From: a virus
DNA: 64,000 nucleotides
Strand: one strand, 5' to 3'
IMG/VR virus record: IMGVR_UViG_3300034418_006582
Coordinates: 1 to 64,000 of that record
Shown in pieces: positions 59,501 to 64,000 of the stretch. Each line of letters begins with the position of its first letter. The stretch's first letter is position 1. The notes beneath the pieces are model-generated. The model was given only the letters and a program-made list of their open reading frames with translations. It was not told the origin of the DNA and made no database searches. The position numbers and the translations under genes are program-made.

Positions 59501-62500
59501 CAACTGATCTAGATATGGGTGGTAGAAAAGTCTTATTTGCTAACATCTATTCAGCAGAGGGTGATTTACCAAGTGCCTCAACTTATCATGGTATGTTTGC
59601 TCATGTTCATGGAACTGGTAGAGCTTACTACGCACATGCAGGAAATTGGGTTGAGTTAATTGGTGAAAATGAAATTGGATCTGGTTTAACATATTCATCT
59701 GGATCTTTAAGTGCAGACTTTACACCAACAAGCACAGATACTTTAACTAACAAAACAATAAACTTCGAGGACAATACACCAATTATAGAATTTGCAGTTA
59801 CAGTATCTAATGCAAGTGGATCAAATAAGTTTTATCTTGATGGTGAATTAGCAGCAAGTATTCAATTAATACCTGGTGTTACATATAGATTTGATTTGTC
59901 TGATGGTTCAACATCTGGACATCCTTTTGCATTATCAACAACTCAAGACGGAACACATAATTCAGGATCTTCTTACACAACAGGTGTTACAACCAATGGA
60001 TCACAAGGATCTGTTGGTGCTTATTTACAAATCGTTGTTGACGCTGCCACAGCAGATACTTTGTATTATTACTGTACAGCTCACTCTGGTATGGCTAATG
60101 ATGCAGTAATATCTGTTCAAGGAACATCATTATCTGCTAGTGATACTGATGATTTAGCTGAAGGTAGTTCTAACCTTTATTACACAGATACAAGGGCTAG
60201 AAGTGCAATTTCAGTTACTGATGCTGGTGGAGATGGATCGCTAAGTTACGACAACACGACAGGAGTGTTTACTTACACAGGTCCATCAGCATCCGAAGTT
60301 AGATCACATTTTTCTGCTGGTACAGGAGTTACTTTAAGTTCTGGTGAAATAAGTATCGGTCAGGCAGTAGGTACAAGTTCTGATGTAACATTTAATGATG
60401 TCACTGTTTCAGGAGATCTTACAGTCTCAGGAACCACAACAACTGTAAATACTGAAACAATAGAATTAGCAGACAACATAATTGTATTTAACTCTAACGC
60501 TACAGGTTCAGCAACAGAAAATGCAGGAATTGAAATTGAGCGTGGAGATGACGCTAATAAAACTTTAATTTGGGACGAAACATCTGATAAATGGACTGTT
60601 GGATCCGAGACATTTGTAGCCTCTACCTTTGAAGGTAATTTAACAGGAACTGTTAGTGATATAAGTAATCATGATACTGACGACTTAACAGAGGGTTCTA
60701 CTAATTTATACTATACAACAGCTAGAGCAAATACTGATTTTGATACTAAACTTGCAGCAGCAGATACAGATGATCTATCAGAGGGCGCTTCAAATCTTTA
60801 CTACACAACAGCAAGATTTGATACAGCATTTAGTGGTAAAGGCGCTGCTGACTTATCTTACGATAACTCTGATGCTGATACCTTAACTGCAACAAATGTT
60901 AAAGGTGCATTAGATGAATTAGACTTAGCTAAAGTTGATAAATCTACTTTAGCATCTACATTAACTTTTTTTCCTACTGATACAGCAGATGGAAGTATTA
61001 GTGGTTACTACAGAATGGTTACTTCTATATCTGATACTGATTATGATACAACTGCTGTAAATGTATCAACAGGTAATATCACTGCTAATGACCAAGAAGT
61101 AGGTGCAGTAATAGCAGATGCAGACTTATTTACTGGCAATCCAGGTTATATCAATGTTCATGTTGTAGGTAGTATAAGAAACACATCTGGTGGTAGTGCA
61201 GGATTTTACTTTAAAGTTTTCCATAGAGACTCTAGTGGTACTGAGACACTTATGGGTACTTCTAGTTCTACATCTAATGTTACAAACACTACATATCAAG
61301 AGTTCTATGCAGATGCTTTACTTAATAACCCACAAGAATTTACTTCTACAGATAGAGTTGTATTCAAATGGTTTGCAACCAACCTATCTGGTTCTGCAAC
61401 TTATGATTTCCGATATGGTGGAACAGGTCCTGTAAGAGGTAACTTCCCAGTACAGACTTCATTAATTATACACGACCAAGAAGCAGTAGATGTCCAAACC
61501 GATACATCAGCCTTTGCTGGAATATTAAGTACTTCTGAGACAACAGTTCAAGCAGCACTTGATGTTATAGATGATATCGATACAGACAATGTACCAGAAG
61601 GTAGCACTAACCTTTATTACACAACAAGCAGATTTGATACAGCATTTACAGGGAAATCAACTACAGATCTATCGGAAGGAACTAATCTTTATTACACACA
61701 AGCTAGATTTGATACTGCATTTGGTGGAAAAGATACAGATGATCTGTCTGAAGGTTCTACTAACTTATACTTCACTAATGCTAGAGCAGACGCAAGAATT
61801 ACTGCTGCCAATGTAAATGACTTAAATGATATATTATTTGCTGATCCTACATCATCAGATGACGCAAAAGTCATTAGTTATAGTGATACATCAGGTGGTT
61901 TTGTATTGTCATCTCTTGCAGGATTGTCTGGATCTGGTGAAGTAAACACAGCTTCTAATTCAAATGTTGCAGGTATCGGTGTATTTAAACAAAAAACTGG
62001 TGAAGATCTTGAATTTAGAGGTATCAATGCTGGATCAACGAAAATTACAGTTACAAATGATACTTCTAACGATGAAATAGATATAGATCTAGGTACTGTA
62101 TCAATTGATCACTTATCAGATGTAGATACTACTACTTCTGCACCTACAAGTGGTCAAGCACTTAAATGGTCAGGATCACAATGGGAACCTGGTGACGCAA
62201 GTTCTCAAGTATCACAATTAACAGATGTAACATTAACTTCTTTAGCAACTGATGATCTCCTTGTTTATAACGGAACTAACTGGGTTAACACAACACTTGA
62301 TACTGATGATGTTGCTGAAGGATCGACAAACCTTTATTATACAGACGCAAGAGCGCAAGCCTCTATAACAGGTGGAACTGGAATATCTAATACTTCAGGA
62401 ACAATAGCTATTGACTTTACTGAATTTGATACTGATAGTATTACAGAGGGATCAACCAATCTTTTTTATACAAATGCAAGAGTTCAATCATACTTATCAG

Positions 62501-63744
62501 GTGGTACAGGTGTAACACTTAGTGGATCTGGTGAGTTCAGTATTGGACAGGCTGTTGGTACTACTGACAATGTAACTTTTAATGATATGACTGTAAGTGG
62601 AAACTTAACTGTTTCTGGTACTACAACTACTGTCAACACAGAAACAATTAACCTAGCAGATAATACAATAACTCTTAATTCCAATGCTACTGGTTCAGCC
62701 AGTGAAGATGGTGGTATTGAAATTGAGAGAGGTGACGATACTAATAAGACACTTATTTGGAACGAAACTACTGATAAGTGGACAGTCGGATCTGAAACTT
62801 TCGTTGCAGGAACTTTTGAGGGTGAGGCAACAAATATACAAGCAACTGCAATTACAGATCTAACAGAGGATACTTCCCCTGCTGAAGGTGATTATTTAGT
62901 TACTTATGATGTAAGTGCTAGTTCTTTAAAGAAAGTTCAAAAATCAAACATTGCAGCAGCAGTCAGCTTTAGCGTAAATGATGAATTACCACTTACACTT
63001 GCTGACAGTACCTCGGATCCTATACAATTTACAAATGTTGGAACATCAGCTACTGATCTTGATCTTGTTTTAGCAGACGGTACTTCTGATCCTATCCAGA
63101 TTGTAGGGACTTCAAACTCTGCAACAGTATTCAGAGATGGCGATACAGATACTTACATTAAAGTAGAAGATACTACTGATGATGACACAATTAAGATGGC
63201 TACTGCTGGAACTGAAAGACTTATTATTGAAAGCACAGGTGAAGTCAAAGCAAATGGTAAAGACTTAGCTGGTTATTCAAATGGTGTAGAATTTAGCGTT
63301 CAACAATTTAGATTAACTGCAAATCAAACTACTACTGGTGCTGGTACAGACATAACCTCAGGTTGGGAAGTTCCAGATAGCACATTACAAGCAAACTTTG
63401 GTAATAATGTATCAGAATCTTCTGGTATATTTACATTTAGTAAAACAGGTTTTTATAAAGTAGAAGCAGTAGTTAAAGGTCAAAATGGTACTGCTGGATC
63501 TGCACATCATATATTATACATTATAACTTCAGATGATAATTTCAGCACTCAAGCACCTGTAGCAAGAGCTATAACTCAAGAAGGTGGTAATGGAGACACT
63601 GCATATACAGCAGCAGTACTAGATATAACAGATTTAACAAATCATAAGGTCAAATTTCAATATTTCAATAACAGTGGCGAAATAGAAGGAGACACCAACC
63701 AAAATAGAACTTTTGTAACATTTACAAGACTAGGAGATACATAA
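56509..63744 (+). CDS. Giant repeat-rich fibre protein (2411 aa)
   Basis: Many DTDDL.EGSTNLYYT.AR repeats; repeated GIEIERGDD modules. Confidence 0.85.
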   Translation: MAQKYPIRLNYDAENNPEGFAEFQSADYIGLSDGGTGGSYSSLADLRTGLGLEIGSDIQAYDADLSAIAALTHIDGGFIVSNGTTWVVESGSTARDSLSLGTGDDVTFATLTTTGSVTIQGNLDVQGEFLNTTAEIVVVDDAFVKLNNGNGEVDSGIIVETSDTDDARLFYDVSNNRWVLGENGSYDEILTQDSTDTLTNKSIDGSTNTLTNIPNSAFSNSSITVTDGTNSTDIALGGTITFSDGTGITVSESSGTITASVDFTEFDTDNVTEGSTNLYYTDARVSTYLTGGTGITESSGTISIDFTEFDTDNVVEGSSNLYYTNARADARIGLASIGDLADVTLTSTATGDILRYNGSAFINEPLNLGTDTEGDYVASLVAGTGITLTNNSGETSTPTVSVDMTAFDTDDLTEGSTNLYYTDTRVGSYLTTNSYATESYVDSAVATENEISEMNDVTLTSLASGEFLQYNGTAWVNVVPDTDDITEGTNLFYTNARVDTEIDSYVTGGTGVTVSSGQISIGQAVETTSNVQFADTQIDGDLTTGGQVVHGTNTISINQDADGTDNTLNVEIEFLRGNLQHKHFFWDETNDRFSINSDDLAVGTVIGNLTGNVTGDLTGDVTGTVSDISNHDTDDLSEGLTNLYYTDARARSSISYTDAGGDGSLSYDSSTGTITYTGPSATEVRAHFSAGTGVSISSGEISIGQSVGTSDDVTFNDLILSGNLTVSGTTTTINTETLTLADNVIILNSNATGSASENAGIEVERGDDTNKTLIWNEGTDKWSVGSETFVAGTFEGALTGNVTGTVSDISNHDTDDLTEGSTNLYYTDTRVGTYLTTNSYATQTYVDNAVASENELSEMNDVTLTSSTTGDFLQYNGSAWVNIAPDTDDIAEGTNLYYTTARFDTAFSGKTTDNLTEGSTNLYYTDERAQDALGTALTMGTQTLITVTYQDSTNDFDFVVDNDLANYDNTTSAFTTLADFSGGTNISFSSGTIAFDNSTDLDMGGRKVLFANIYSAEGDLPSASTYHGMFAHVHGTGRAYYAHAGNWVELIGENEIGSGLTYSSGSLSADFTPTSTDTLTNKTINFEDNTPIIEFAVTVSNASGSNKFYLDGELAASIQLIPGVTYRFDLSDGSTSGHPFALSTTQDGTHNSGSSYTTGVTTNGSQGSVGAYLQIVVDAATADTLYYYCTAHSGMANDAVISVQGTSLSASDTDDLAEGSSNLYYTDTRARSAISVTDAGGDGSLSYDNTTGVFTYTGPSASEVRSHFSAGTGVTLSSGEISIGQAVGTSSDVTFNDVTVSGDLTVSGTTTTVNTETIELADNIIVFNSNATGSATENAGIEIERGDDANKTLIWDETSDKWTVGSETFVASTFEGNLTGTVSDISNHDTDDLTEGSTNLYYTTARANTDFDTKLAAADTDDLSEGASNLYYTTARFDTAFSGKGAADLSYDNSDADTLTATNVKGALDELDLAKVDKSTLASTLTFFPTDTADGSISGYYRMVTSISDTDYDTTAVNVSTGNITANDQEVGAVIADADLFTGNPGYINVHVVGSIRNTSGGSAGFYFKVFHRDSSGTETLMGTSSSTSNVTNTTYQEFYADALLNNPQEFTSTDRVVFKWFATNLSGSATYDFRYGGTGPVRGNFPVQTSLIIHDQEAVDVQTDTSAFAGILSTSETTVQAALDVIDDIDTDNVPEGSTNLYYTTSRFDTAFTGKSTTDLSEGTNLYYTQARFDTAFGGKDTDDLSEGSTNLYFTNARADARITAANVNDLNDILFADPTSSDDAKVISYSDTSGGFVLSSLAGLSGSGEVNTASNSNVAGIGVFKQKTGEDLEFRGINAGSTKITVTNDTSNDEIDIDLGTVSIDHLSDVDTTTSAPTSGQALKWSGSQWEPGDASSQVSQLTDVTLTSLATDDLLVYNGTNWVNTTLDTDDVAEGSTNLYYTDARAQASITGGTGISNTSGTIAIDFTEFDTDSITEGSTNLFYTNARVQSYLSGGTGVTLSGSGEFSIGQAVGTTDNVTFNDMTVSGNLTVSGTTTTVNTETINLADNTITLNSNATGSASEDGGIEIERGDDTNKTLIWNETTDKWTVGSETFVAGTFEGEATNIQATAITDLTEDTSPAEGDYLVTYDVSASSLKKVQKSNIAAAVSFSVNDELPLTLADSTSDPIQFTNVGTSATDLDLVLADGTSDPIQIVGTSNSATVFRDGDTDTYIKVEDTTDDDTIKMATAGTERLIIESTGEVKANGKDLAGYSNGVEFSVQQFRLTANQTTTGAGTDITSGWEVPDSTLQANFGNNVSESSGIFTFSKTGFYKVEAVVKGQNGTAGSAHHILYIITSDDNFSTQAPVARAITQEGGNGDTAYTAAVLDITDLTNHKVKFQYFNNSGEIEGDTNQNRTFVTFTRLGDT

Positions 63745-63935
63745 TGGAAGTATTTATATCATTTCTAGCAGGTTTATCAATAGGTTGGGCTAGCGTATGG
63801 TTTATTTTTTGTTTGAAAGAGCTAAAAGCCATAGATCATAAAAGTTTAGAATATAATAATGGTGGTGGGAAAACGCTTAGAGAAATCGTAAACTCTAAGT
63901 TTGATCCAGAAAATTATTTAGGAAAAGGTAAATAA
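63744..63935 (+). CDS. Small membrane protein
   Basis: N-terminal TM segment; GGAG RBS. Confidence 0.5.
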   Translation: MEVFISFLAGLSIGWASVWFIFCLKELKAIDHKSLEYNNGGGKTLREIVNSKFDPENYLGKGK

Positions 63936-64000
63936 ATATGGCTGATAGACAACAACTTTTAAGAGTAAAAATGACAGGATCTGACTCTACAGGTCTAGCA

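Noticed and set aside
884-62684. Numerous short ORFs antisense to or nested in long genes (e.g. 884-1156, 5403-5786, 10555-10893, 27448-27840, 58506-58916)
   Set aside because: Shadow frames of well-supported genes, lacking RBS or motifs; only 27714-28853 carries functional motifs
56509-63744. Diversity-generating retroelement template/variable repeats
   Set aside because: No reverse transcriptase in the window; repeats are in-frame and differ largely at synonymous positions rather than only at adenines
1-64000. Prophage boundaries, integrase or host genes
   Set aside because: No recombinase or bacterial housekeeping genes are visible; lifestyle cannot be determined from this window

Overview
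Most of the genome of a low-GC tailed dsDNA phage (siphovirus-type: HK97-like portal, protease and capsid, tail tube, frameshifted tail chaperone, tape measure, tail tip and a 2411-aa repeat fibre). A whiB gene plus the AT-rich composition suggests an aquatic low-GC actinobacterial host (inference). Layout: 1-11.3 kb replication/recombination/methyltransferase block bounded by a perfect >=83-bp inverted repeat; 11.4-22.4 kb array of small self-contained gene cassettes; 22.6-32 kb small-RNA clusters, terS, a 6-gene methyltransferase island and a probable origin; 32-64 kb virion genes. The most striking signal is non-coding. Eleven cassette transcripts are predicted to begin with the same 5' leader (AGUAAU..purine tract..AGG). 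Most of their promoters carry a shared palindromic operator (TTGCATA-N7-TATGCAA), and cassettes are separated by 14 co-oriented copies of a bipartite 30-bp motif. A separate ~100-nt minus-strand RNA unit at 24.0-24.1 kb carries a near-perfect antisense copy of that leader plus Shine-Dalgarno, so it is a candidate one-sRNA master switch for the whole early regulon. Other notable items: further candidate anti-SD small RNAs, a tmRNA reduced to its tRNA-like domain, extreme local GATC enrichment, and a C5 methyltransferase split over two overlapping reading frames. All annotations were made by eye; no database search was run.
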